A stretch of 64,000 nucleotides of DNA. It comes from Owenia fusiformis (taxonomy: Eukaryota). Shown piece after piece: positions 50,172 to 64,000 of the stretch. Position 1 is the stretch's first letter, and each line of letters begins with the position of its first letter. The notes beneath the pieces are model-generated. The model saw only the letters and a list, made by a program, of their open reading frames with translations, did not search any database and was not told where the DNA came from. The stretch is taken from NCBI GenBank assembly GCA_903813345.2, contig CAIIXF020000001.1, positions 18,290,001 to 18,354,000 of the forward strand, given 5' to 3'. A program made the position numbers and the translations under genes.

Positions 50172-53100
50172 TAATTAGAGTGCGAATATTAAGTCAGTCA
50201 GTACATTGTTAGATGGATAGGCCAGACGGCAGTGCAAATTTTCTCAACTGGTAACCAAATCTGGAACATATGAAACCAGACTCGCCTATTTCCTCTCACA
50301 AGTCAAACAAAAAGTTTTTGAGTTATGTATTTTCTGAAACTTTACGTACAGTACAAACATCACTAACCAAGAATCCAAACCATAGTGAGACATTTGCCAT
50401 AAATCTTATGTTATTCCAAACGCTTTCCAAGAGGAATAATTAAATGCTACGCTCATGTATGTTGTCAAACTTTCTGCAGTACCCTCTGGTTAAGTACGTC
50501 AAACATCAGGGCGCAAATACTCGCTCAAAATAGACTTTCAGAAACTGCATTCCAAAATAATAACCCTTGGAGTGTGCATATTTGGCTAAATATGCAACTA
50601 CTTGTGCGATGCACTACTACAGTGTACTAGTCTGCTGTGGAACGTTTCTGCTGGTATACTAATTCTACCTCAATTATCTTATAATTACAATGATCAAATT
50701 CCATTCACGGTTTATTCTTAATGCTTTCCTATATTGAATTGATTATAAGGTAAATGTTTTTTAGAAAAGCTAGAAAACCGCGTGCAAATCACTAAATGTG
50801 TTTTTAATTATAGATTGCTTTGATAGAGATATAGACATTGATTCAAAGCCTACATGTAGATAAGCATGCAAACTACCTATACACACAGATGGACGTGCTT
50901 TGCTTTACTCACGTGGAAAATTAATTAACGTCTTTTTCAGTTGATTTATTACAAGAGTAAAGTCATAAGTTTACTATGTTACCAGACATTTTGTACACAC
51001 AACTTTTGTCTCTTGACATTTCGTACACATATTATAAGATTGAGATGGACTTTTGAGAAGATTACATATTTACATAACGGTATATGTATTTATATATATC
51101 CGTATACAATAGCATTGTATGAAAAGTATAATTTGATTTAAAAAACACTTATAAACTCATTATTCTTACCGCTAACCATATGTAATGACTAAAATATAAT
51201 ATCGATACAAATACTTTTTGTAAACAGTAATTCAATTCATTCAGTGATTACACTGTGTTATGGTTATTCGTATCAGGATGACTTGGATTGTATCAATGTT
51301 TCAATATGTCTATTTAGTGTTCCGTCGCGGTTGAATAACGAATTGCTGGTTTTGTATGTTTTTCTATGGAGATAGTGCTTGCTTGAAAAACATTTACAGC
51401 TTTATATGTTTTCATAATAGTTGTCATGACACATTATTCACACAATGTAAGTATTCATATAGTTCAAAATGCAATAATATGAAATATATTATTTTTCCTC
51501 ATCCTTGAGCAGATCTACCGTCCAGATATGCAGTGATACAACGGAACAAATAATAACTGAACACAGTCCTTCTTTTCTGAAACTATCTGTACAAAATCTG
51601 TACAATCACATGAGTTGTCCTTATGAAAAATACGCATCATTCCTCACAATCTTCGTTTTTTAATCATATCGAACTAATAAATGATATAATAGATTATGTG
51701 TGTTTACAGGACTGGTTCAACTACGTTTTACGTAGGGTCATGAGTTCCTATTGTGTCTTATATCGGAATCTTTTTCAGGGATCCCTAGAGAGATGTAAAA
51801 CTATTAAATGAAACTTAACCACTTATACATCAATTGGATATCCCTCCTTTCAATTTAGCTAAAGTGCCAAGTAGATTTTGCTATCAAGCATCCCTGAGAA
51901 AGCACTTGTTGCTCAACAAATCCAATTTGGAACTTTCCATTTTTAATTTAGATGGTTAACTTTGTTAAGCATGGTTATATGGTGTTTCTAGCATGATTTA
52001 TGTAGAGTTCCTATATGACAGGGTTAAAGCAGTCTATATATATATGGATCCTTTTAGTATTGATTCATGTTTCAGAATTGATCTGTGTTTTTCTTATGTT
52101 GCACTTTGTGCTTTTTATCCATTGCAATGTTACCCTTTGCCAATACTTTGATTTTGCTTATTTAAATGTGGACTTCATCTTCACCTTATGTACTATTTCG
52201 CTCTGACAATCAGGGTGCTCACAGAAAACCGAGGTAGGAACACAATGGGTTTCTGACCTACCCAATGGCCACACACGTGCCATTAGAAATTAATTAAATG
52301 CATTCAGACCAACCAAAATCACGCCTAAATGTGTAACTGATCCAAACGTAGAAAGAAAGATTAGAACGAAGGACAATAACTTTGAACAATATGTTCACCA
52401 TAAGATCATAGGGAATGAGCAAAATTGTGAATAATCGTTCCATAGATATTAATCACGACCAATCTCAAACAGACTCTAGATCGACTCCTTTAGGATATTT
52501 TCTATAAGTATGTGGTCAATTTCTAGTCCGCCGAGTGTCTTCAAAGTGAATATGTCCCATTGGTTATCAGTCTTGTATTCACTATAAGACGGCCACATGA
52601 CCATAATAAATGTATTTTCTGTTTACCAATAATTTTGACTCTAAATCGTTTGTATAGTGGTTAGCAATGTGGGATAAGTGGTAGTGACTTTAGAGCGAGA
52701 ACACATGTGCATCCCACTGAAGGACAACTAAAAGCAATAAATCCGTTGCATACAACTGCAGAATCAAGCTGCTTGATAATATTGTGAACAATACGACAGA
52801 GTAATGTATTATATAAAACGCGATGATAAATAATGCAGATGCTCATATATTATACTAGTATCTATCCGTCTCATTCAGAGGCAATGGTATCAATACTGCA
52901 TCTACTATACCGACATGTGCAAGAACAATGCATTGTTCGAGTGATGGATCAACCAAACTACCTGGCTTTTATTAATTTCATCTTGAATGAGGTCAACCTT
53001 TAATAAAGCACAGCCATTTTTCAAATCGTCTCTCAACGGACGTAACACCCACCCAGAGGCAATACAAAAGCATTCAAACCAAGCCCGGCCATATGCAAGG

Positions 53101-54933
53101 GCGGGTACACAGGGTCGTGTTATAATTAATGATTGGTTGAAATATCTGAAATATCACTTAAATCAATTAAGAAGTATAATTATTTTAAATTACATGTTCT
53201 GTTTCCATGTTATTGTGTCAGCGGGGCGCAAATGTGGACCAATACTGTATCAAGCTTAAGAAGATTAAGATGTCCGGGATCTGTATAATCCGGAATGTGT
53301 CAGTAAGATGATCATTTATTAAAAGTATCAATAATGTTATCCTATGATATCAACAATTATTAATATAGAGATTTATATTAAGAATATCTAGGTGCAGTAA
53401 CAAAAGTTCACTTGATTTCTAGACAATAATAAATGGGTATCGCCTTTCCTAGGGGACCTAATATGTTCAATTGATTAGAGACAATGTTCAATTTGCACAA
53501 GTTATTGGTGATCGGAATGCTCACACCTAGTCGGATGCTGCTAAGAAAACCCATTTATCACAAGAGCACCATTGTCTTAAGGTATCTCAGCCGAGAAAAT
53601 AACGTGGGATTGGTCTATCTAAAGGAATTGCCTTTTTCTGCTTGGTTGGCGCCGGACTTTACGGGAAATGTCTTCGTCAACCCCATTGAAAAAATAATAT
53701 TTGATGTTCCGATCATTCTGTTTTGTATAAATTGTAGGTACTCCAGTTATTTTATGTTCCTTACAATCGTTTTCATAGATGTATTGCTATGCTACAAGCG
53801 TACATGTATTCGACATGGATCAATTATTTGAAATGTAATGTTATCTCATTTTAGAATTACATTTTGCAAACCATCTTTCAAATGATTTACACCATGTTGG
53901 GCCTCTCGAGCTATTGACTAGGGATCAGAAAAGAAATTGTGGCAATTTGACCTACTTTGTTAACAGCTATTTATATCTACACGTATGTCTGTATCTTTTC
54001 AAGAAATAATTTCAGGGGAGTTAATATACATCTGCACTAACCTATCAGCACGGATGTGAAGCCAAAATGACAACATTTTGGAAACCAAACTTACAAACCG
54101 CCATAAATCGTATGAACTACATAAATCAAACATTCACAATATCCTAAACGTAAATCATAAATGCTAAGGCATGCAGAATCAAACCCTGTGTTAGACATTG
54201 TTTCAACTTTAAAATATATTGGCACATATAATTGCCTCGCATATACACGAGGATATCTTCATGTATTGTTATTTGGGAGAATTTACACAATTTTGCACTG
54301 TCTTGATATCATTGATTTTTTAAAAATATTCAAGGTAATATTCTGATTTCAAATTTGGAATTAGTCAATAAACGTTTTGATGATACGATAGAGCAAGTCA
54401 AAAGAGTTGAAGGGAAATACAATACGATGCAAAAAATACTATACGATAAAATGAAATACAATACAATATCAATATCCAATGCCAGGATATGCTTGAGAAT
54501 TTCATATTGAAATTGCCTTAACATCCATGAACTTCAAAAGCGCATTTTTATGATTTTTGAAATATTGTTGTGTATTTTCATTAACATAAGTCTAACATAA
54601 AAATAATCTCTGATCAATATCATTGAAAGCAGTCATGTTAAATGTTAAGATTTCCATAAAGCCAAATATATGATTATATATATGATTATGCAACTTTAAT
54701 CGACGGGGTCAAGGTCAAGTTTTTATTTGAATAGTTTTTTGGTATTTTTATACTTAACTCTTGAACCAAACAAATAAATTTGTCAGGTTTATTCTAATTC
54801 GTAGTATGGCATGACTCTTGTCCCTCGAGATGGCTTTCAAGCAATGTCGCTCTAACATAATGAAAAATGTAAATCTTGACAATGAAATCTTCCAAACATT
54901 TTAGGATGCTAAGGGCCAGCAATAGATACCAAC

Positions 54934-55165
54934 CAGGGGTGGACCTGAAAATCAAATGGAGGAATGACCCAAATATGAAAAGTGGGCCCAATTTCTGAAT
55001 ATAAGCCCAAAATTATAAGAAGAACGCCCAGTAAGGCCGGTTTGTTACCACAATTGCCCAGTTTATGTGGGGACAAGCAGATTTTGGGGCGTAAAATATT
55101 TTTGACTCGGTGGGAGAAAAACCGGACCCCTAGCACCCCCCCCCCCCCCCCCCATATCCGCAACT
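54934..55165. repeat. Degenerate GC-richer interspersed element with poly-C
   Basis: CAGGGGTGGACC...C-run ATATCCGC ends loosely resemble CAGGGGCGGATC-type MITEs. Confidence 0.4.
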
Positions 55166-56345
55166 TTCAAGAATAGTTGTATTCTCTTGTATTTCATCAA
55201 CTTCATAATCATTTTCCCGCATTCATTTTGAGTGTAGTCAGAAAATTTGCTAATTTTGAATTTTTTGTAGTTTTTGCAATTATTTGACAAATATTCCCCC
55301 ATGGGTTTTTAGAATATTAATCATCCTGGTTGTATCCGTGTACTGTAAATATCGAACATTGACAAATGTTGATTGACAGAAAGTTAATGACAGTTGATTA
55401 TGTAAATATGCAACCACAAATGCATAAAGGGAAAGACCAGAATAGTTTTTGTCCCTTGGTTATGGTAATTTTAATGGTGGTGGGAGGGGGTAATAGACAC
55501 TGTTTCGTTTCACGTTGGATTATGATTTTGGATAGTTGGGGTTTGTTTTCCTTGTGACATACATATTTCTTATATAAGAAACACAAGCAGTCATGGAGTC
55601 AACAAACCCCCAGGATCACTAACTATAGTCATAAAGAAGCAGTGTTTGACACACTTTAGAGTCATCTTTTTGTGTGATGCTCTATGTTAGTTATGGAGGT
55701 TGTCCATATACATCTTTGATTTCATTGACAATCAAACAAGGAAGCAAATATAATTCTTCAGTTGAATATGATTTACTATAATAGGTAATGAATATATTAG
55801 CCAATACATGATAAAAGTATGCAAAAAATCGTTCATGTAACAGCATTTTCACATTTCCTTGGAGTTCACAGGCAGGACAAATTTAAGAGAAATGAGAAGA
55901 CAAGTGTTTTGCCCAGCGGGCAAACAGAGAACACATCAATCTTTGTATTGTCGTTTCTGCCTGGTTCCTTTATGCCCCAGGAAGCTTTACTCTTCGTTTT
56001 AACAATTAAATTTCGTCTTGCTGAATTTTCCAGAATGTGTCAAATATTGCTAGTGTTTTTGCATTTTCTTTATATTCATATTACCATTAGTTTTACTTCA
56101 ACTAGCTATACGTGACAAAAGCCACAGCTTGGCCATTAGCTGGTCTAAAATTCCAAATTTAAAATCAGGTTCCAAACTGATATGTAAGGGTCGTTTTGCA
56201 CAAAAGCATTTCTAGATAAGAATTTTCATAATTTTTAGATGAAATTCATAACAGATATAGAAGCATCATTTTTACATGCATTTGTGAAATTTTAGAATGT
56301 GCTTTTTGACTTTTAATTTTAACAAATGGCTTCATGGTCCATATG

Positions 56346-57194
56346 CACCCTATGCAGACAGAGCCTGTGGGAAATATTGGATGCGGCGCAAATGAGCGGA
56401 GGGTGCGGAGCTAACGGTCATTTTTGAATTTAAAATTGGGATATTTCTGAAACTAAGCCGTTTTGGGACTTCAAATATACCAAGATATGTGTATTTGACA
56501 CCAAATATCAATAAAATTGTGAAAATAGTAGTGCAATTCATTTTATAGCGACGCAGTATGCCTTAAACATTTCCCAGACCTATATATTTTGAGACTATCC
56601 TTTTAATACTGCGTCCCCAGCATTCATAAAAAATGGTGTTCAAGATACACTACCCATGCAAATTATTTTTGCATCTTGGAAGCCAGGCAGTATCTGTGGG
56701 ATTTTATAAAAATTCGGAAATGTTCTTCAGATATGAGCCCCTCTAAATATTGGGTGCGGAGCTACGTTTATGGAGCTGCTCCGCACCCAATATTTAGAGG
56801 GGCTCATATCTGAAGAACATTTCCGAATTTTTATAAAATCACACAGATACTGCCTGGCTTCCAAGATGCAAAAATAATTTGTATAGATAGTGCACCTTGA
56901 ACACCATTTTTTATGAATGCTGTGGACTCAGTATTAAAAGGATAATTTCAAAATATATAGGTCTGGGAAAGGTTTAAGGCACACTGCGTCGCTATAGAAT
57001 GAATTGCGCTACTATTCTCACAATTGTATTGATATTTGGTGTCAAATACACATATCTTGGTATATTTGAAGTCCCAAAACGGCTTAGTTTCAGAAATATC
57101 CCAAATTTAAATTCAAAAATAACCGTTAGCTCCGCACCCTCCGCTCATTTGCTCCGCACCCAATATTTCCCACAGGCTCTGTCTGCATAGGGTG
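56346..57194. mobile_element. ~850 bp near-perfect fold-back element, CAC...GTG termini, 5-bp TSD ATATG
   Basis: ATATG|CACCCTATGCAGACAGAGCCTGTGGGAAATATTGG...CCAATATTTCCCACAGGCTCTGTCTGCATAGGGTG|ATATG. Arms ~417 bp, loop ~15 bp at 56763-56777. Confidence 0.92.
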
Positions 57195-60100
57195 ATATGA
57201 CATCATTAAGTTTCTATCTTATGAATGCTTCGATATTAGCACTTTTTCGCCAGCAACAATGAATATATCTTGCGCTAATATCTCAAGACTACCGATAAGG
57301 GTCATGTATGTATTCATACAATTAGGCCTTAACTAAGTGATGTACCCTTTGGGAATTTTGAACTATTTACACTTTTACCGATGTTGGTATCATAATTTCA
57401 TTAGGAAACTACCCATTACCCTAATACCGTTGTAAAGTGTGTTTGGGGAATGGGAAATATAAGTCATTTGATTTGCTATTGACCATTTGAGCCATGAGTG
57501 TAAGTAATGTATCTAATTTAGAAAAATTGTAAAACATATTCTAGCTTAGAGTATTTTTGAATACTTCTCCAAGAACGCATAACTCAGAACTTACAAATAT
57601 CATTCTTCTTAAAGAAAATAATAAATAAATCTGACGTAACCGATTCATCCTAACGAAGCAGGATTGCCGACTCTTGAAAAATCATTATAAGGTCGATAGG
57701 TTATCCAAGAATACAATGTGTGAATAGTACATTTTAGATAGTTAATACTTAGCGTTTCTATTTTATCGCAGTTTGAAGACAGTACATTTGTAAACACCAA
57801 GCGCTGTTGAAGGTCTAAAGATGTTGGGGTAAAAAATACAGAGCAAAGTTTCTCCGATTAAGGTGGCATCTCTCAGTGGTGTGTCGAACACAATACTCGT
57901 AAGGTCAGCCTTATCCAACTCTTGATAAAAAACAATTAGACGGTCTTAATGGAAACCATTTTGGATAATAGACTAGATCATAATTTTCGCTCTAAAGTAA
58001 ATTATAAGAAAAACTTATTGATATGTACAAACTATTTTAGGAAACTACAAATTAGCAGGAACAATATAACCAAAACAGACTGTGTTTCAAAGTTTTATTG
58101 TGTTGTAAAGCACAATCCTTTGGGAAAATTTTCACATGGAGCATCGGTTTATCTATTTTTAATCAGGCCAATACATGAAATAAATTATTAAACATAGGGT
58201 ACCATCCTATAACATCCATCTATCTTCATCTGACCATTTTCTGGGTTTGTTTTTTTCATTGTGTCTGGTAAATTACAATTTTATTTGTGTGTTGTAAATT
58301 ACAATTTGGCCGAAATAATAGTAGAGTAAATAATTGAATCAAATACGCAATCAGAAATCATTACTTACAATATGATAGATATCGTAAACACAAAGTAGCG
58401 TTTCTAATGTTTAATCTGACTCTAAATCAGTTATAGATGAAATATCGAGAATGGTCCTAACTGAATTGAATTCTGCGAATGATGGAAATACTCAAGGTAT
58501 ATGAATTACAAAGAGATGGGCGCCCTCGCACCTGGGTTCGCAGCCATACAAAGCTCCCTTGAATTCTAATGATAATATTATGACAATGGTCCAGTAAAGC
58601 CAGTGGAATATCATTGATAACGATTGCCAGATGGATGACTAATGGATCAATATCCTAACACTTTTACTCTGTATTATTTCCTGGCAGCGGAACAATACAT
58701 GAAAAACATATATTTTATGCAAATGAGGCTGTATTTTAATGTGTTGTATTGAAATGACTGGAATGGAATCCAGAGGCATATAATTACTTGGCCGTTGCAT
58801 TTATAACGAATAAATCTTATCGTTATCTCAAGGTTCCAATCTCTTCTCGTCAGATATTGATAACTTTTTCCACAATGATGTATTATTTTATAAATCTCCT
58901 ATCAAAATTAGAATCCAAATACAGCGTTTGATCGTGTTTTCATTTGAGTGAAAAGTGCTCATGTCGAAGATGAATCTATACTTCATTGTAACCAAAACAA
59001 ATCAATTTTTCCATCGAGCCAAATCCTAAAAACGGCTGATAAGAAGTTCTGAGGTATATCATTGTATTAAATAATATTGTTTTATTTGCCTTCAAATATC
59101 CACACCTACTATATCAAGACAACAATTATAAAAAATAGATCACTATCTAGGTCATTTGAGGTCATTTTGGTAATCTTTACTTTGCCTATGAAGCATCATA
59201 TTGTGGAAAGTTATACACTTGCCAGGCTCATCGTGTAATATTTAACAAATAACTTCATATATGACCTACCAAATTGTACTGTTTGGCATCCTGTTTTCAG
59301 TTGCAAACTGTAATAACACATTGGAAGTCGTAGAAGCAGTTTGGAACAATTGAAATCTTGTGAATCAGTATTTAGTATCAAAGTACGTTGCGTTGGCCCA
59401 TTTCTTTTGAAAAAAGTATAGTAAAACATGTTTGATCCAGTAAAATCAAATCTCATTGACTCATTTAGAAATCAGTAAAATGTATCCAAATCAAATAACT
59501 TGACCCATTCCAAAAGTTAAAATTTAAAAAAGTATTTTGACTCAATTAGAAATAAGCGAATATATCCGTGTATATAAAATTATATTGATAGCTCAGATAT
59601 AACTGAGATACGGAACAAATAAACGGATTTGAATAAGCATATATGATATTTGAATTTGATGTAACAGATAAACTGCCTTGGGCATTTTAAACTTTTTCGA
59701 TGTTACAACTTGTATTTTGGAGCTAAACAAGAAAGCATTTAAATGAGACACTCAGAGATTTTTATAACTATACCCTTAAATCCTTGCATGATACCTCAAA
59801 ATTTAACATGTAGACTCCATGGGGCATAATGGTGTAAAAACTGTAGAACCCATGGTATTTAGAAATCATTTAAAAAAGCATAAATGGCAACATTACGTAT
59901 CTACCGATTCGAAATTCAGAACCTCCTCTATATTATAAACAATCCCAACAATCCCATTGAAAATAGAAATGTCTAGACACATCGTATTACTGTTATTCAA
60001 CCTTAAAGCAAATCTAAATGTTAACATATGCAGATTTCCTGGAGGTCTACTGGAAGGTCAAGCTGTAATTAAAGAAGTGTATGAAGGTATGGATTTGCAT

Positions 60101-60465
60101 TTGCTTGGCTACCGTTGTGGATTATTCTTTGATTAGTAATTATATCTGTAGCATTTGAGTAATGTGCTGCGTCCAGAAAACAGACAAGCCACAAGCGACC
60201 CTTAATTATTCATTCTATTGTCTTTGCTTATATTTCAATATGATACGGTAGATGAAATATAATCTGTCATTATGGTAAAATGAGATTGAAGCATGTGTTT
60301 TCATCAGTGATGCATCATAATGTTGACCACAACGCCAAGACCATACGACATGTTAAAATGGTATTTATAATATAAACCACTTAAGCTACAAAGAAAAATG
60401 CGACAGACGAACCCAACAAACAACCAAAACAACATATCGATAAAGTAGTTTGACAGAAATATGTT

Positions 60466-60510
60466 GTATAATATAATTAATATAATATAATATAATATAA
60501 TATAATATAA
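60466..60510. repeat. (ATAAT)n microsatellite
   Basis: Directly visible. Confidence 0.9.
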
Positions 60511-60868
60511 TGGCACTATAAAATCTTCGATCATTCAGGATATATAGAAAATTGTGTATAGAGAAACCATTTATGTATAATACTATTGTCTTCATTGTTA
60601 AACATGAAAGTGAAGATGAATTCGTCCAGCGGAAATTCATTTTCAAAGTAAACGAATGTATTTGCATTTGTTTTAAAGGCCTTCTGCAAAATTTGAAAAT
60701 ATGGTTTAATATGCTGATCATTAAAGTATTACTAATCATAATTTTAAATGTTGATTTAGACATTTCATATTTTTCAAAAATTTGAATTTCCAACCCTTTT
60801 AACAACTGCTAGTAACTCCTCGATACTGTGTAAAGTCCATTACTCTCTCAAAACCATTGGGAAGATTG

Positions 60869-61054
60869 AGCTTTTATTCGTGAATGCAACTTTCGGCTGA
60901 CGGCTGCCGGATTAACCAACTATTGTATGACCAATTCATTTAAATATGAATGGAATAATGGCAGGTACTATTCATATTTAAATGAGTAAGAACCGTAAGA
61001 TAGTAGATTAACCCGGTAGCTGACAGCCGAAAGTTGCACCCGCGAATACAAGCT
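60869..61054. mobile_element. ~185 bp hairpin MITE-like inverted repeat
   Basis: AGCTTTTATTCGTGAATGCAACTTTCGGCTG...TCATTTAAATATGAAT is inverted to ATTCATATTTAAATGA...CAGCCGAAAGTTGCACCCGCGAATACAAGCT. Confidence 0.8.
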
Positions 61055-61502
61055 TAGTAAAAGTCCCATTACATCTTCCATATGCATGTACTTTCAGTTG
61101 TATGCAAATGCTCATTTTGTAGCATTTCGATACCACGATGTAAGGTTGAACAAGTTTCACAATATTATTCTGCAACTATAAGTGTTTAATAAAATATTGT
61201 TCATTGTTTCATTTTATGTCTTAATGAAAACAAGCATTGGCCACGTTTGAAATACAAATTGTAGTACTGTACTGCAACATGAGACAGGGTGGTTTAAACT
61301 TTTTAAAGTACTTAAGAAAAACGCAATTCATCTTTATAGGTCTTCAGAAGTAAAACAAAACCATGCAAGGTACATTAAGAAAACATGTATGGCAACCCTA
61401 TTCTAACCCCTATATAGAAAAACATTATGAATCCCAATCTATAAGATAGTTACCCTTTTCAGAAAGATACCACCTTCGTCTATTATATTGCTAGCTTTAT
61501 TT

Positions 61503-61626
61503 CAGGGTACACGTGTTATGGTTAGGCTCAAGAAGATACAGTAAAGAGAGAAGTTAAAAAATTAAAATGCAGGGTACACTTGTTATAGTTAGGCTCGAGA
61601 AGATACAGTGAAGAGAGAAGTTAAAA
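61503..61626 (+). repeat. Two-copy ~57 bp direct repeat
   Basis: CAGGGTACAC.TGTTAT.GTTAGGCTC.AGAAGATACAGT.AAGAGAGAAGTTAAAA at 61503 and 61570. Confidence 0.9.
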
Positions 61627-64000
61627 TTCACAAAAAAAACATGAGTCACCTTTTACAATTTCTTAGGAATTAGGTTGCCTTAAGTTGGATTGACAGGTTC
61701 TTAATCCTTATCTTATCCTATCGGTTCTTCGGTCCTCTACTTGGTATTAATCACAGCACAAGCCAACGTTTCTTTACAACTAATTAATTTTTCTGATGAA
61801 TTTTCTAGATTTCATTAGGTTTGATTCTCTCGGTGTGTTTGGTGTGTAATTTACTCAGGACACGATGTAATTGGGATAAGACAGTCCTATAATGAATACG
61901 AACATTTATCAAACGTGTTCGGAAAACTAAAACACATTTGTGTGCCTGTGTATTTAGCTCTGAATACCTCTTTCGATATATCATCGAATATACTCAATGC
62001 AATACGGAATCAGGAAGATATTAGGATTCATCGGGTGAACACAATTATTTTGAAATAACTTCATCTGAATTGACAAATCAATTAGACTGTGTGGGCAACA
62101 TATTGGAAAACGATAAAGTATTATCCTTCTAGATAGTAATGGGAAAGCTTGTTGCGTCAAACAAATTGAGGATAACAGTTGTAAAGTTCAAATTTCATTT
62201 GTATGACTATAATTGGAAATTATAGAACCGTAGATCCTTTGCTTCATACACATTTTCTCATTAAAATAAGTTCAATGTACTTTAATCCCATAACGTTGGG
62301 GTCTATCCCAACATCGTTTTTGCATGTGACCTGGACGTTTACAACAACCGTGTCTGTACAGATAACTCGGGATATACATCTAATTGAATGAATGAAGTAA
62401 ACCTTAGACACTTGTTTGCCTTTGGGCAAACCTCTCTTTTGAACCAAAACAGAGTCAACAAAATTTCAACATTTCAAATATATTTCTAAACAAAGCGACT
62501 ATGACATACGTACAAATCAAATATGAATATGAAATATAATAGTATCCATTCGCACACGATAAAATAGCTTAGTCGTGTAATTAATTTAAAAATGACGTTC
62601 CTTTTCATTGTAAGTGTAATTAGACACTTTATGACATTTCTATTTGATTGATTTTTTGACATTTTTTTCAAGGGGTAGCGGTAATCTAAGATCATAGAGG
62701 AATTGTTTATTCTTCAAAATGGCCATAACACTTATCTTGATCGTTACATTCAATCACAGTCTCCAGAAATAATTTATCAGTAAAACCAATGGCAACACAT
62801 TGCATAATGTCATATACAATTGTTCCCTAGCGTTATGCCTGCGCAAAACTTTGTCGGGACTATTCGATAACTGAATGAAACTGTGTGGCATGCAGAGTGT
62901 AATGATAAATACATTATTCAATTCAGTCATGATAATTATGGCCTTTTAATTTTTATGACCTATTAGGGGTTCCTAATGGTTTGTGAGGTCAACGCGCTTT
63001 AAACATTCCCATAGCAATACTAGAATCAAATGGGATGGGGGAAGAAATTTATCAAATGATACAAAAGGATTGGAGAAAGAACCCAGTGAACTCGGCAAAA
63101 ACATATAAATCATGATTTTGTGGATTGGACTAACGACTTCGATGTGGTGCAGCATCATATGCCATAGAATGCCACATCCATACACTTCCCCAGTTTCATC
63201 ATGTTCTTTCTCAAAACTAGACGAACAAAATGGAGAAAACGGTAAGTCTTTTTGTTTTGTTCTGTATAAATTCTGATTGTTTTACAGGTTTTGTTTGTCA
63301 GGGTTCGCTTTCAATTAAGCTAAGCAACGCAAATATATGTTCATTGTTACAATTTCTCAAACTATAAAGCTCAAACTATAAAGATTACTTATTTTAGGCA
63401 ATTTTCGTCACGATCATTTTACTCTATGGGGAAATAAAGGAATCCAGTTATTTGCCTACCTAATTTGATTGGACATGCTAATGATGTAGGCTGATTTGAA
63501 AATATCTGGAATCCATTAGAATCTACCAGTGGTTCTATACTGTTGAAATCCCATGTTACAGATCGTCTGAAACGTTGTATGTTATACATTTTCCTCCAAG
63601 ATTGCTTTAATGCTAAACATGTGTCATTGCCTCATCAGAAGGTCATATAAAGGTCTAAAGTTTCACAATTCGACTTGATGCTGAACGTTTAAATCTCCCT
63701 CTGTTTGCTGTCTCCAATAGCAACGTATGTAAGTAAGCGATTATCGCAGTGATTCCAAAACGAGGCAATCGTTATCCGCAATATATCTTTTTAGAAACTA
63801 CAAGAAATTGACTTTTCGGTCTTAAATGGCATATAAATGTATTTCTAATGAAATTGGTAAATTATTTGGTGTTCACATCCTAAATATCTAGTCCTTTAAA
63901 TGCTGAAAATATCTCGTCGAATAAAGACAAAATGGCCGACTAAAGATTTGGAGATTTGGGTAATTATTACCCAACAAAAACAGTGTGTACAAAGAGAAGC

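Noticed and set aside
56350-57190. Pair of near-identical 63-aa ORFs on opposite strands
   Set aside because: A consequence of the palindromic element, with no coding signature.
27160-63940. Dispersed AAAATGGCCG motifs as Polycomb response elements
   Set aside because: Isolated sites without clustering outside the triplication, and the motif is also frequent in invertebrate transposon ends; not supportable from sequence alone.
50200-64000. Expected miR-993 or Hox3 downstream of Dfd
   Set aside because: No GAAGCTCG-type mature sequence and no homeobox or hexapeptide exon recognised on either strand. A diverged copy could have been missed by eye.

Overview
AT-rich animal genomic DNA from a Hox cluster. 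Homeodomain signatures point to a spiralian/lophotrochozoan, probably a mollusc; the species cannot be determined from sequence alone. On the + strand the window holds the homeobox exon and long 3' region of Hox5/Scr (517-830), a mir-10 hairpin (~33760-33822) and the complete two-exon Hox4/Dfd gene (47284-49322), in the ancestral Scr - mir-10 - Dfd order. The remainder is non-coding, with several non-autonomous DNA transposons (Tc1/mariner-type, TTAA-target, fold-back), tandem repeats and clusters of Hox/Pbx-type motifs. Four observations stand out. (1) The Scr intron/exon-2 junction is itself tandemly amplified into at least 7 copies of the splice acceptor: five lead to a stop, one gives an in-frame 25-aa linker extension, and one is canonical. 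(2) Eight sense-strand AGGGTAA motifs (miR-10-family seed matches, fitting a seed-shifted register best) lie behind Scr. (3) An orphan CCAAT/E-box/Hox-site module at ~14.3 kb mirrors the Dfd promoter. (4) An 850-bp fold-back element has CAC...GTG ends and a 5-bp target-site duplication. Apart from the two Dfd ORFs, the supplied ORF track looks like chance ORFs. All positions were read by eye.
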